A stretch of 64,000 nucleotides of DNA. It comes from Klebsormidium nitens (taxonomy: Eukaryota > Plantae > Klebsormidiophyceae). The notes under the pieces are model-generated. The model was not told where the DNA came from. It saw only the letters and a program-made list of their open reading frames with translations, and searched no databases. Below are positions 1-12,400 of this stretch, piece after piece (positions within the stretch are counted from its first letter, which is position 1; every line of letters begins with the position of its first letter). A program made the translations under genes and the position numbers. The DNA lies in the NCBI GenBank assembly GCA_000708835.1, contig DF237408.1:1-64000 (forward strand), read 5' to 3'.

Positions 1-373
1 ATCCACCATCCCTCCTGCTACTCAATGTGATCGACAGCCTATCGGCGCTTTCTGTCACCACACCTAGCAGATTATGGACGCAATTTAAGCACACAACCTG
101 CTTGCACTGCTTGCTCCTCGGAACTCTAGCACTGATCAGGTAGCCCATCAGCACGCCGCGGTCGCTCTTGCGCCATGCAAGCGTCATGAGGCCAGCAGGC
201 TCTTTGATCTTGACCCAGATGCGGTGAGCGCAAGTGAGACAATTGACAGCAACCCGCTCCTGGCAGCTCACAAAGTCAACCCTGATTTCACCTGAGGTGA
301 TCCCCCTCACGCTACCTTGCTCCATGTGACCAAGCCCACTGCTGAAATGCTGAAGACTAGCTTGAGACTCCAT
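1..373 (-). CDS. Partial ORF running off the window edge; putative zinc-binding protein with two CxxC pairs (Yippee/Mis18/CULT-like spacing)
   Basis: Manual translation from ATG at 373 is open for 124 codons to base 1: MESQASLQ...VNCLTCAHRIW...(46 aa between pairs)...VVCLNCVHNLLGVV. It is missing from the ORF track because it has no stop in the window. The family assignment is motif resemblance only. Confidence 0.4.
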   Translation of the reverse strand, partial: MESQASLQHFSSGLGHMEQGSVRGITSGEIRVDFVSCQERVAVNCLTCAHRIWVKIKEPAGLMTLAWRKSDRGVLMGYLISARVPRSKQCKQVVCLNCVHNLLGVVTESADRLSITLSSRRDGG

Positions 374-1015
374 GGTTACCACCCCTTCCTTGGCCTACTC
401 TGAGGGGGCCGGATCTTCCTAAGCCCCGTGCGCCTCCATCCTGCCTCCTGCTACCCGGTCCGGGAATACCGGGCCCTCGAACTTGCCTATTTGGCCTGAC
501 GCCCTCTCCCTAAGTACCTAAAGCCCGACCTCGGCCGGTGGTCCCGGTCGCTTAGCCCTAAGTTCCGATGGTTCGACGCCCGAGGTTTCGAAAGGTCTCG
601 AGAACCTTCGCAGGGGTGGTGACGTGGCAGTCCTCTCCGGTACATGCAATACAATTTAGCGTCACTGCCAAATCCGGCACGACCATTGTTGAACGTACGC
701 CGTCCGATCTGTCCGGGCGGATCCTGGCCGTTTATTTAACTCCGAACTTCATTTGGTAGGCCCGTCTGCTCAATTGACCGGCGGACAGCGAGGGTGAGAC
801 ATGCCGGTTTTCATGTCTAAATCGCACCAAATGAAACAGTACGTGCTGTTACGTTCCAAGGGCACCATGCAGTCTTCCTTGAAGTTCCTTCCCTTTGTCT
901 GCCTGCATCATGCATGTTCACTTGAGTTTTTTTCGAGCTCAGAAGTTTTTAAATATTCTGGGATAGAGTCCTCCAGGTTCTTGCCTTAGGCGCTGGCAAT
1001 TGGAGGCCAATAAGA

Positions 1016-2275
1016 ATGGCTGCCCCTTTGTTTGACCAGCTCCCTTCCGCTATCATCATGGACATTGTTGAACGGGTCCGCCAGTCCTGCCCCACATCCT
1101 TCAGGGCGTTGGAGCGAACCAGTGCGTCGTTTCAGAGCACAACCAGGAGCCTCAGCCGTTGCCTGCGTCTGCGAAGTTGGACAGTGGACGCCAGGATGAG
1201 CCCCGAGCTTGCGGCTCATGTAACAAAGAAAGAATTGCAGCTACGGCCGCTGGTTAAGCACTTGAAGATTGTGGTTGACTTTGGAGGCCACAATATACAA
1301 TACATGAAGGCAATGGGTTATCCTCCCTATGTCGAGACGCAGGAGGATGGTTGGACAACTACAAGTATAGTGTAAGAGCGAGGCTTCTCTGATTCCGTGG
1401 ATGGTCATTACCCTGTAGCATTCATCGGGGCAGCCTCTAGTACGAGTCTAAGGTCCCTTGAGCTGGTCAACTGGCCATGCCTCAACAAGGTGATACTGGG
1501 TATGCTGGGCAGCTTTGAAAGACTGGAAACGTTGGTGGTATCAGGGTATTGTAACCTGCGACACCAAGGGCCTAACATCTTCTGCCGGAGTCTGAACATG
1601 CTAAAAGACAACATTGAGCTCCCTTCTCTTACCCACCTAGATATAATCAATCTGAACCACGGGTGTCGAGCAGCTGTCACAAGCGTGCCTTCTCAACAGA
1701 TGCTTCCGCGTGCTCGCTCTCTAGCCTTCTCTTCCGATTTCGAATGGATCAACGACAAGCAAGGGTTTTCAAAGGGCCCAGAACAGTTGGAGATTCTTCA
1801 CCTGCAGACCAACTTTTTGAATGACGACTTGTTGGGTAAAGTTGCTGCACGATTCAAGTTGCTGCAAGAATTGCGAGTACGACATGACTGTTACCCCTTG
1901 CCATATGAGGAACGCAAGTCACCTAAGGTTACTCTAGCTGGGCTGCAAGATCTTATGTCAGGCTGCCCGCACCTCAAAGTCTTGCATATTTCTGAAATGT
2001 TTGTGGAAGCCATCTCGTCGGCAGAGTGGTGCAGTCTTCTACAAACGGCGAACCAACTCAGAGAGATACATCTTCCTATGATATCGGAGGAGATTGCTGA
2101 GATAGTAAAGACACTAGGTAGCTTGGAGGTTCTCAGTTCTGAATACCCTAAGCACTTGTTGAGCTTCAAAGAGCTTTGTCAATCTTCCCATGAAGGCGCA
2201 CATTTGGAAGTACGCCAGAACACTTGTGCTTGTGTCAGCCGGAAGTCGGTGGCAGGTCGGTCGGGAGCAGGATGA
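1016..2275 (+). CDS. F-box-like / RNI-like LRR protein, interrupted by one in-frame TAA (probable 69-nt intron, or a nonsense allele)
   Basis: ORFs 1016-1375 and 1397-2275 share a frame and are separated only by TAA at 1373-1375. N-terminal LFDQLPSAIIMDIVERV resembles an F-box. C-terminal LNDDLLGKVAARFKLLQELRV and VTLAGLQDLMSGCPHLKVLHIS resemble LRR-RI repeats. A GTAAGA(1372)...CTCTAG(1440) intron would remove the stop in frame. Confidence 0.6.
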
Positions 2276-3355
2276 CCGGTCTAAAACGTTGGGCCCAGAA
2301 TATAACCGTACGAATATGAACTAGATTCAAAGCACTGTGGAGAGGTGTGATTCCGAGTTTTAGAAGCTCAAGGCTCATTAGCGGACGAAGACTCTATACT
2401 TAGTGTTATCAACATATTAGAAAGACAAATTGTCTACTCATGACAAGCCTTTGACACCTAATTCTCGAGCTATCGGAGATAGTTGAGCTCTATTCCAAAC
2501 GTCGCTAAAAATCCTCCACAAAACTGTATCTTCCCATGCATGGCATGAGATGATCGATCTGCCCATGTTTCAAATGCTGCGTGGCTCGAGTCACGTGCTC
2601 GAGTCATGTATGTTGTCCCCATGGAATAATGAGCTTGCAGTTTGGCACGTACACACTTCATGGCACCCTTTGTGTCGGATACTGGAGGTACATGCTAGGG
2701 CCATGAGGGGGCCATGTCGCAAATTGCATGTCTGCAATACTCGCACAATGAATCCGAGACTGAATGGACTATGTAGTGTACGTAACTTATTGCACGTGGG
2801 CCCGGCCTTCAACCATGAAAGCCGAGCGGCTTAATGACTGGCATGAGCTATGTATGCCTGCGTCCTTAAGTCGAGCCCATGCTGCAAGGCCCTGTTCGCA
2901 CTCTGCCGCATAGGCATCTCACAAAATTGTTGACGGTTCATTTGTTGAACCGCCAATGAAAGGACGCAGCCTTTGCAAGCGCCGGTCGATCCTGATTGCA
3001 TGCATGGTCACGGAAACATGCTGCCATATGCATATTTTGGAACCGTCAAATTTTCATATGCAATTTCAGTGCCGTTCCGCAATTCAGAAGCAAACTCATT
3101 GCCGGTTCTTCGGAGACTAGCTTTCACACATGCCTTCCATGATTGATACGACAGGTCTTCGAAAAGATAGAGTTGTCGACAGGATGCACAGTTCTTGAAA
3201 TACATGTTCAGCCAGGGGAACAATCCCTGGCTGCTGACGGTGTGACTGCTGTCGACCTAGAAGGTTAAATGTGTGATCTAGGGTGTAGAGCGTGAATATA
3301 CCATGGGCCATCACTCCATGCATTTTGCTAGTGTACAGCTTACGACTCGGAGCAT

Positions 3356-6300
3356 CTAATCGTACGGGTTCCTAAACTTGTGAAGCAGGTCCGGAATGTC
3401 AATTCCGAGGACATCATCGACGTTTTTGAGCAGTTTTGGATTGAGTTTGTTGAAATTGGATATCTGATAGCCTTGCAACACTTCCCGGAAGTAGTCGACG
3501 TTGGGGAAGTCCCCTCGAGGCAGATGGTGTTCCCGTTGAATCTGTAATATTGGGAAGAACAGAACGTTTGCAATGCTCTGGCAGTGATCGGCTCCATAGA
3601 AAACACCTTCTCTTCACCTTCTGAAGGGTGCTGAATGAGACTCAAAAGCAGGCCACCCGCTCAGCAACGAATGGTCAAGCCAAACTCAGAACGAGGCAGT
3701 GAGTTTGATTGCTCAGAGGCAGGCGCTGCCACATCTGTCTTTGTGCATTTGAGTGGAGCACAAAACGCGCAATTCGAGAATCTGAGCCCTCATCCTCGAC
3801 CAGAGCCGCGCCATGCACCTCACCTTGTCAAACTCCTCCTCGAGGTTGTCAATGATTTGCTGCTGCACCTTGGCCTTGCCCATGAACGGCATCCGCGCCC
3901 GCAGGCTGGATACGATGTACGCGTGGATCTTGGCGGCCCGGGCCCGCTTCACGAACTCGTTCACCTGCGCACCCGTCAGGCAATCAGAAGGCAACACATC
4001 CCGACCTTCGCTTGAGTGCTCCCGTTGAAGGTAGCCAGCTCGTATCCAGACGGAAGAAAGGACTCCAAGCAAAACCCCCGTACAGTAGATTTCCTTGCAG
4101 AGGTCGCATTGAGGAGCCGAAGGGAGGGCGAACAAAACAGCCGGATAAGGTCCGCCAGCATATTCGACCCGCAAAGTTCAATCCTTTTTGCCAAATCTCG
4201 AAGGGAACGTCCACCCACCTTTCTGTCGACACTTTTCCGAGGGATGTCATTTAGATCGGCCATCAGATCATTCTGCTCCGCTTCAAACAGCTGCGCCCCC
4301 AGCGGCGTGTTCTCAGCTCGCATGGGCCGATCGTTGAAGGATCTGTCACACAGAGATGCAGGGGTTGAGACAAGAAGAAATACTTGCAGACCAATGCTGC
4401 TGCTGTAGAAGGACAACAATAAACCCGACTTTGACGTACCGGTACCAGCAAAGCCGGATCGATCGAATTCTCTGAAACCGGAAGACCGGAGCAAGATTAC
4501 TGAGAGCAACAATGTGCTCGATACTGCGGACGGAGATATTCAAACAACTTAGGCCCGAGACCGCTTACCCTATGTACACTCGCGAGACCTCTGGTGTGTT
4601 GAGAACCTTCCCCAGGGACCACATAAGTGCTCCATACACGCGCATGAGCTGCAGGAGTTCGACTCGCGTCAGACGACCCGCTAATCCTATCGAGATAAGA
4701 CAAGATCAGACGTCTCCCTGCGAGATCCATATCGATACAATTTTGCAGCGAACGACTCGTGTCCTTTTGCTTGAGGTCTATGTTGGCAAGCATTGACAGG
4801 ACGTGCCACCTCAAGTGGATGCATGCTGACCCGAAACATAAGGGCCCGAATGGACAGACTGGCAACGATGCGAACAAGCGCGATATATAGTAAAAGAAGC
4901 ATTTCTCCAGAAAGCGAGAAAGCGCCCCAGCCTCGAGCGCGCCCACCTGCTGCGTCTCGACCTGGTCGGCCTTGTTGAGGACGACGCGGATCTTGTCGTC
5001 CTGCCCGCGCAGCGCCCCGATGACGCGCTTGAACTCGTCGGAGATGTCCAGCTTGTGCGGGTCGAAGAGCAGCAGGATGAGGTCGCTCCGCTGCGCGAAC
5101 CACTGGACCACGCCCGTGAAGTCGTACGACCGCATCGTGCGCTGCTTCTCGCCCGACAGCACGCCCGGCGTGTCGATGAACGTCACGTGGTCCAGCAACT
5201 GCGGACGGGGCGGAACGAGGACAGTAAGAGCTGGGCTTGCTCTGCAGATGGGCCAGCCGCGTCTCAAGTAAAGAAACGCCGCTTTGGGGATTCACACGGG
5301 TCAACAGCAATGAAGTGAACGAAGGCCTACACATACTTCAATTTTTGCATCTCACCTTTGACAGATCACTCATCTTTAACGGCACGATAGGACCGTACAC
5401 GACTCTTTCGCTTTGAGGATCACAATATGGTCATCCAATTGACGTCTTCTGAGGACTTCAACAGTGAAATCAGGCTGATACCACTTTCGGACAGAAGATT
5501 GTGTGTCGATGTTGCCATTTCTCGGGGCTCACCTGGTGGGGCAGTTGCGAGCACTCGAACTTGGACAAGAAGGCCGTCCCGAACTTGGTGAGGCCGTTGA
5601 ACGGCATGTCCGCTTGCACGGCCACCGTGTTGCCAGGCACGCTCCGCTCGTCCTGCCCTTGCTGAACAAACAGCACCCACACACGCAGAGTCACCACATG
5701 CCCAAATTGCTGCCGAGGACCCGACTGCGAGAAGAAACTCAGAAAACTTCCTGCCCAGTCTCAGAAGCTGAAACTGACGGCCAATCGATTAATAAGGCGG
5801 CAAGGCGAACCGTCAAACTTTTGTCCGCGTATGAGGATGCTGGCGGTTTTGCCTCACCATGATTGCTACGAAGCGGTCCGTTGTTGGCTCCGGGCCGATG
5901 TGAGCACCTGCAGGAGTTCGTAAGGACACATCAGAATCTTTTATAATCCAGAAAGAGACCAAGACGTCGAGGAGCAATGCTCCAAGCGAGCTAAAGATCC
6001 AGGACCATGACAGAGAAGCTTTCAACGGTACGGTGAAAATTTCAAGCAGCAGGTTGAACCATGAATCAGGCTGCTATTCTCGCTGAACAAGGAGGTCATT
6101 GTTAGCTCTCTTACCAGGATACTCCCGTTTCAAGAGATGCTTGATGAAGGTAGTCTTCCCGGTGCTGTACTGACCCAAGAGCATCACCATTGGCTTCGAG
6201 TCGAAGTCGCTGGGTGTCTGGCGAAACACAATAAGAAGGGTCGTATCATTATTGCAGGTCCCGGCTTACAACATACTCCAGTTGCCTGTGCACCACTGGA

Positions 6301-8853
6301 AGCGAAACCAAGCAAATGACTGCGAAATACTTGGAATGCTTCTTTGCGTCGAAATCAATCTTAAACTGCCTTCGAATGCAAATGGAGTGGATCAAAGGAA
6401 CTTGGCGGCCTCGCTTGCTCACGAGAGGCGGCGAGTGGAAGGGCCCAAACAGGTACGTCTCCTCCAGCGGCTTGATCTTCTCCACGTACAGCCGCTTGAG
6501 CCCGTCGATCACCGAGTTCACTGCTTGCGGGGGTAGGGGCTTCCGTTTCCGAGGCTTGACAGACGAGGGAGGGGTCCAGGATGCGTCGCTCGACTCCCTC
6601 GCTGAACCAGGCGGACCAGCTGAACCAGCTGGACACGGAAGGAGACATAGAAACACTCAGTGCCAACAGAATTTGGCGTCATGGCACACAGATCCCTAAC
6701 ACCAGAAAGCCAGTCCCACGAGTGACTTGAAGGTACGAGGTGAACGAACAAGGCGTAGCATCAGATATGCTTGGAAATGCGAACATGTCACGGCAGCCCA
6801 AAATACGGCTTCTTTAGCCCAGCTTTTCGGCTTCCGCGCCACAAACCAAGTCGTAAATCGCATTAAAAGTGACGAACCGAAAGACAAAGCCAATCCAGCT
6901 TCTTTGTGGGTTTGCAATCTTCAAAAGCTCACAGAGCCTTGACGGCCGAAGCGGCAGAATATTGGAGCGATCGTCCCAGAGAGGCGACGCAGGCGCCGAG
7001 CGGTAAGTCGAGCTAAGGCTCGGCTCACTGCTAGTCTTGCTGCGGAAAGGCTTCATAAGGGCCTTCCCGAGCTTCTTGTGTGGCACGGAGGACAGCTCGT
7101 GCATCAGCACCCAAGGGACATCTCTGAGTGTCATGCCTCAAGCAGTCTGCTTCGTCTACGAATGGACGGCATCTTTGCAAGGTAGCAAGACTGTTGTTGT
7201 TGGGTCAAAGAAACAACATTTGCCAGGACGGAATGGAGAAGGGAGGGGAATAGTCGCATGCTTACGTGAGCTGCTGCTGCCAGGGACCTCAGCAGCGTTT
7301 GAAAACGACAGGTTCCGCTGTATGACAAAAGACTCCGCTCAGGACCGTATCCAAAGAGGGCCGAAAAGTCATCTGAAAACTCCAATGAAGGCAGTAGAAG
7401 CAGCTGAGGATAAGCAGAGTGAGCAGACCTCGTTTTGGGGAAGGTCGTTAGGGGCAGCTTCTTGGCCTGAACAGACGGACGCATCATGTGGTGGCATGGC
7501 AGGCAGCGCCAACTAACCTGGAACAGGGTTTCTATGCCAGTCAATACTGGCGGGCTGATGTCCTCCGGATCTGAGGAACAGGAAAGAAGCGAGTTCAAAG
7601 TCCTACAACGGTGATCACAGGAAGTTGCCCATTTGCTCAAGAACCTTTCTTACGAAGCTCCGGCATGAGGAGGTAAAAGCAGGATAGCAGCGCCGCATGC
7701 TTGTATAGAAAACGAACAAGGGAGTGACTCTTTTCTTCTCGAATAAAATCTTCACCTTTGTGTTTGAGAATGTCTGGAGTAACCTCATATCCAGCTTGGG
7801 CCAATCCAATGACCTGCCAATGCAACAGAAGATATCCATTGGATATGAAGAAGAGTCAGCACGGAACATTGAGATATGTAGAACAGATAGGAGAGCAGAT
7901 ATGCCAGCGAGAAAGAGACAGCGCTCACAGACAGTCAGCCACAACTGTTCCAAGACACTTGATGTGCCCAAAAACCGCTTTCTCACCTGCATGGCAGTCA
8001 CGAACTCACGGAAACCCAGGTACCCAGCGCGAGAAACATCTGCTATGCCCCAGACCTGAAGAGGTGTATAGGGCATGCATGAGACAACAAAAAGAGTCTT
8101 TTGGCGAGTCGCAGGAGATGACCAGGTTGTGTCTGGCCCAAAAGCCTATTTGGGAAGAGCGGATGCTCCATTGTGGTAAAGAGCTTGATTTCTGCTGTTA
8201 CAGTGCACAAAGGATCTATAATGCAAACCTTTAGTCATGATAAGCACGATGAGCTCCCTTTGAAGTTTCACCCGTCTCTCTGCCCGTTTGAAGGCCTTGT
8301 TCACTACACAGAAGGGGAGGCCAAGACATGCAAGAACTTTGATTTCGAACTGTCACATCGGACAAGGCGAAAAAGTGGATTCATGAATGTCAAGACCAGC
8401 AATGCCATCGATGGAAGACATCAAGGACCCCACCTTCTTCAACACCTCCCTTGGAAGCTGGGACATTGAGAAGAAGCTGACGGCCTCCGAGCCTGTCAAC
8501 CGCCCATCCCGGTCTGCCAGACAATAGCTCAGCGTGAGCAGAAAGGTCATAACAAGGAGGCCAGATAAATGCAGGATGCACAGCAGAAAACCCCATGTTA
8601 GAAGAGAATTGGGCCAAGAGATGCATTCGAATTCTGCCAGCTTCAGCAGCAGCGATTCTGGGGTGGGTGCTTGCAACCCCATGATCGCTGATTCATGTTA
8701 CGGACTAAAGCCTGCTCCTGGCAGCTCAAGTGAGTCTCCAAAATTTTCCACACGTTGAGAAGCACGTTGCCCACCTGCATCAGCAGCATCGAACCACTGT
8801 CGATACAGCGCATCATCCCGCTTGGCTGATGATGGCGCAACAATCAGGTCCAT
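3356..8853 (-). CDS. EHD1: EH domain-containing dynamin-like ATPase (plant-type, N-terminal EH domain), ~14 exons
   Basis: Phase-consistent exons: 8853-8775 (MDLIVAP...YRQWFDAADA), 8513-8434 (DRDGRLTGSEAVSFF), 8055-7987, 7813-7756, 7570-7518, ~7074-6932, ~6628-6423, 6217-6115 (P-loop GQYSTGKT), 5907-5858 (GPEPTTDRF), 5661-5533, 5198-4947 (DTPGVLSGEKQR; NKAD), 4648-4569, 4342-4219, 3964-3824, 3541-3356 (ends KFRNPYD*). Confidence 0.95.
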
Positions 8854-9452
8854 GATGTTGCCCTTCAAGATTCTCCAGAATTTATGGATCCGTCTGCTGT
8901 CCCCAGCGCTTCAACAAGCTGCAACCAAGGAGACACTGAGCCCTAATAGTAACAGCAGTAGTGCAGAAGAAAAGGCTGCATGCGCCTATTACTAGGTTAC
9001 TAGGTAGGCTATAGCCTTAGGCTATATAGGGAAATGGGGTGGCCTGGCCCCCCTGAGTTCGGATTTCGGAGTTAAGGTTTTGAGATTCTTGGAATGGGCC
9101 ACGTTTCCTGCAGAGCAAGCAGAGAACCATAAGACTTACATACTTCTAGCACTGTAGCAGCAACATTGGCATTGGCATCAGGAGGCGTGAGAAGTTGGTG
9201 CTAGCCTTGTGGCACAACACTGGGGGGGTCCGCAGAAGCTCTGCAGACATTGATTGACTATGCAAGGGTTCTGAAGTCAACTGGCGCCTGGTCGGCGCCA
9301 TGGTAGGCTGAGCACTTAGTGCAGTGGTGGTACTTGCTCCAGCGCGTCAAGAAAGTCAACCAGATTAGTGCTGTAGTGATACTGTGTCCTGCAGGGCGCT
9401 CTGGCGACCTGCTTTAGCAGCATTGTTAGTGTGCTGTTCAGAATCTGTCAGC
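8854..9452. promoter_or_regulatory. Putative bidirectional promoter between EHD1 and the PPR gene
   Basis: About 600 bp between divergent predicted start codons. Contains a TAGG/CCTA-rich patch (~8987-9030) with the perfect palindrome AGGCTATAGCCT at 9006-9017. Function is inferred from position only. Confidence 0.4.
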
Positions 9453-12400
9453 ATGTTCTGCGGCTGTGGGAAGCCATCACTCGTGGATAAAGTGCCGCTG
9501 TATGGAGTAAACCTTAGCCGAAGGACAGAAGCAGGGAAAGTGAGACCACTGGAACAAGGTGCGGAAGTCTTGGATTTGAAGCTACGTCATGTCAAAGCTT
9601 TTCAACCAATACAGGCTGGAGCATCACCAGCAGTTGCCCAAAGTGAAACTGCAGCAATAAACGCTGTCAGAATCAGGGGCGAGGAAGTGGCGGCGCTCGA
9701 GGAGTTTGTGAGAGAACGGCAGAATGGAGTTGACAGACTGCGAAGGCAGAGTGCAGGGTCGCTGGAGCCACATTTACATGAGCCACATGAGTCGTCCTCT
9801 TTTACACCAGCAAGTCAGCAGCAGTCAGTACAGCAAGCTGCGTTGTCATCGCAAAACCCCTATGAGCAACTTCTAGCTAGGGTTTCTTTGCTTGCATCGC
9901 TGCGACACCGGCAACTGCAGCTAGGAACGAAGTGGAGAGAACTCATTGAGGAGGCGAGTGCCTTTTCAGCCAGAGAAGATGGTGGTGGTGTGTTGGCGCT
10001 ACAGATTCTACAGGCGATGAGCAGGACAAAAGGTCAGGGGAAAGTGCGGGCAAGCACGCACCACATTGTAGCTGCACTTCGGGTAAGTGGAAGTCTGGCA
10101 TAGTGACTTGTCTAAGTGATTGCTTGGCCCTTGTGAAGCTTGAAGTACATCAGCATGTCATTTGTCAGAAATGGAAGATCACCATGATGCCACCATCCCA
10201 TCACTTGGGGAAGTTGGACATGCTTTGCAGTATTGTGCAGGATCAAGAGGTTTAGCTGCCGAAAGAGCATTTTGTAAGACAGGCTTTCAAGCGTGCCTGC
10301 TTCCCCACTTTCTCCAGATTAAGCTCATACAAAGCTCCATAATTTGACTCAGCACAATGCATGGATGCCTGCAGACTTAGCATATCTAAAGACTGATATG
10401 CTCCTCATCACTCCTTTTGCCCTACCCAGACCTGTCAGTAACATGTTATGATTGCCGGCCATGTGAGCGAAACCTCTTAGTGGCCTTGCGTTTGCCCGCG
10501 AACGTGACTGGCAGATTCAATTGGTCATAAGTGGCAGGTGCAACAATTGGCGCTTGTTTGGCACAGGTGTGCCGCAACGTACCAGAAGGGGAATCCATCC
10601 TGGAGTGGGCTAGGCAGCAGGGCACCGGGATGGCAGCTCCACCCCTCAACGCCCACGTCTTTTCAGCCATGATCAAATTGTACCTGGTTCATAGGGCCTC
10701 CGACAAAGCACGGGCCCTGCACCAGGCAAGTCACGTTGGATGCAGCCAGCATCAGTTTCTTGTAGATCACGCTCTGTGATTGCTGTCTTGCCCAGTTTGG
10801 AACCACTTACGAAGTCGCATATTGAGTAGCGCACAAGAAATTCATTCAGGGTGTGAGAAAGGAAAATTTTCCAACATGAGAGCTGACGCCCCACACTGGG
10901 CTCCATTTGTGCAGGTCATCAAAGACGAAAGTATAGAAGTGGACGTAGTCCTCTATAATGCTCTCCTGGAGGTAAGAGCTTGGTTCTTCCCTGAAGCCAG
11001 CACAGATGTATAAATTGTTATCTTGATGCTTTTCTTTCTCAGCTTCTTGATTAAGAATACTTCCGTGTTCCGAGATTTATAAAGGCGCGCAGAGAGTCAT
11101 GAACGCAAGATTGTGACATGTTCAAAGTTCAGATGGTGCTATCTGCAGGCGGAGAATGACGTGGACAATATGTGGCGGCTTCTAGCAGACATGGAGAAGT
11201 CGGGCATAAGGCCAAACGACAGAACATACGCGTGAGTGATCCATCGCCAGTTGTCCTTGCATCCATTTCCCCATGGCACTTCATCCCTCAAGCTTGTTTG
11301 CAAGAAGCGTAACTCAGTGCTCCGCTCGTGCTCATAGACGTTCTTTGTGCACATAATAGTGCGGGATTCTCTGATGTCTCTGCCTCCTGTTTTTTAGGGC
11401 GTGTTTGCGGTGCGCTGGAGCCGTGGCTGACACACAGGCGGTGGGCCGACTGGAGGACCTGCTTTTTGGCAGCGGCCTCAGGATATCTCTCCAGACCAAC
11501 AACGCCCTGATTGATGGTAAGGGGTTTCATTTTTTGATGCAGATTGCAGCATGTGGAAGCTGTCACTGTCTTCTGATATTGCATGCTGATGAGTCAAAAC
11601 AATCCTGCTTTCATCAACGAACGCATATTGGTGATTGGACGATCTGGTCCCAGCTTTCCCTCAATAGACCTTTCAAATCAAATCGACAGCCGTCTGAATC
11701 TCACTTGAGCGCCCCGTGCTTCAGCCTGGGCCCACTGCGGGGAGGTGGCCTATGGCTGGCATGCGGTCGAGCGGCTGAAGCGGCAGGGGCTGCGGCCCGA
11801 CTGGTGGACCTTCAACACGCTCATCAAGATGCATGCCCTGCAAGGGGACAAGGACGGGGCCTTCCGCGCGTTTGAAGCGATGCAAGCCGAGGGTGAGGGA
11901 AAGGGAGTCCTTTCGAGGACTTGTTTCTGCGACGGAGTAAGACGCGATTATGTTAGAATCATATTGAAGTCAAATGGTGTTCTTGAAAGATTCCGTGCAT
12001 CACATAACGTGGGAAGCAGGCACACACTTAGAAGAGAGGCAAGAACATAAAAGGACACCTCCTACAGCACGCCTCAAGTGAGCAAAACCATCAGTGATTG
12101 ATGTCTGGTGTAGGTATCCGGCCCGACCGTGTCACGTACAACACTCTCCTGGAGACCTGCGTCCAGGCGCGGAGGTTCGACTCCGCCCTCTCTTTGTATC
12201 GGCGGTGGCGCAAACAAGGGGAAATCGAACCAGATCAGATCACCATTGCTATCTTATTGGTGAGTTGGATACGGGGAGAGGCAAGAATCGTTGTCAGGCT
12301 CGTTGATGATGTTGCTCGCGCCTTCAAAACCAATTCTGGTAGTATTTGCTTCTGACTCTCCACCCCCTTCCAAATCCATGAAGCCACCTGAGCTTCTCCG

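Noticed and set aside
570-576. GGTTCGA T-loop-like motif (also at 12174) as a tRNA
   Set aside because: No cloverleaf stems or A-box around either site, and the second lies within a PPR exon.
1-2275. Intron-poor left-end genes as a giant-virus or Helitron insertion
   Set aside because: No viral hallmark genes, transposase/Rep-helicase or element termini are visible in the window.
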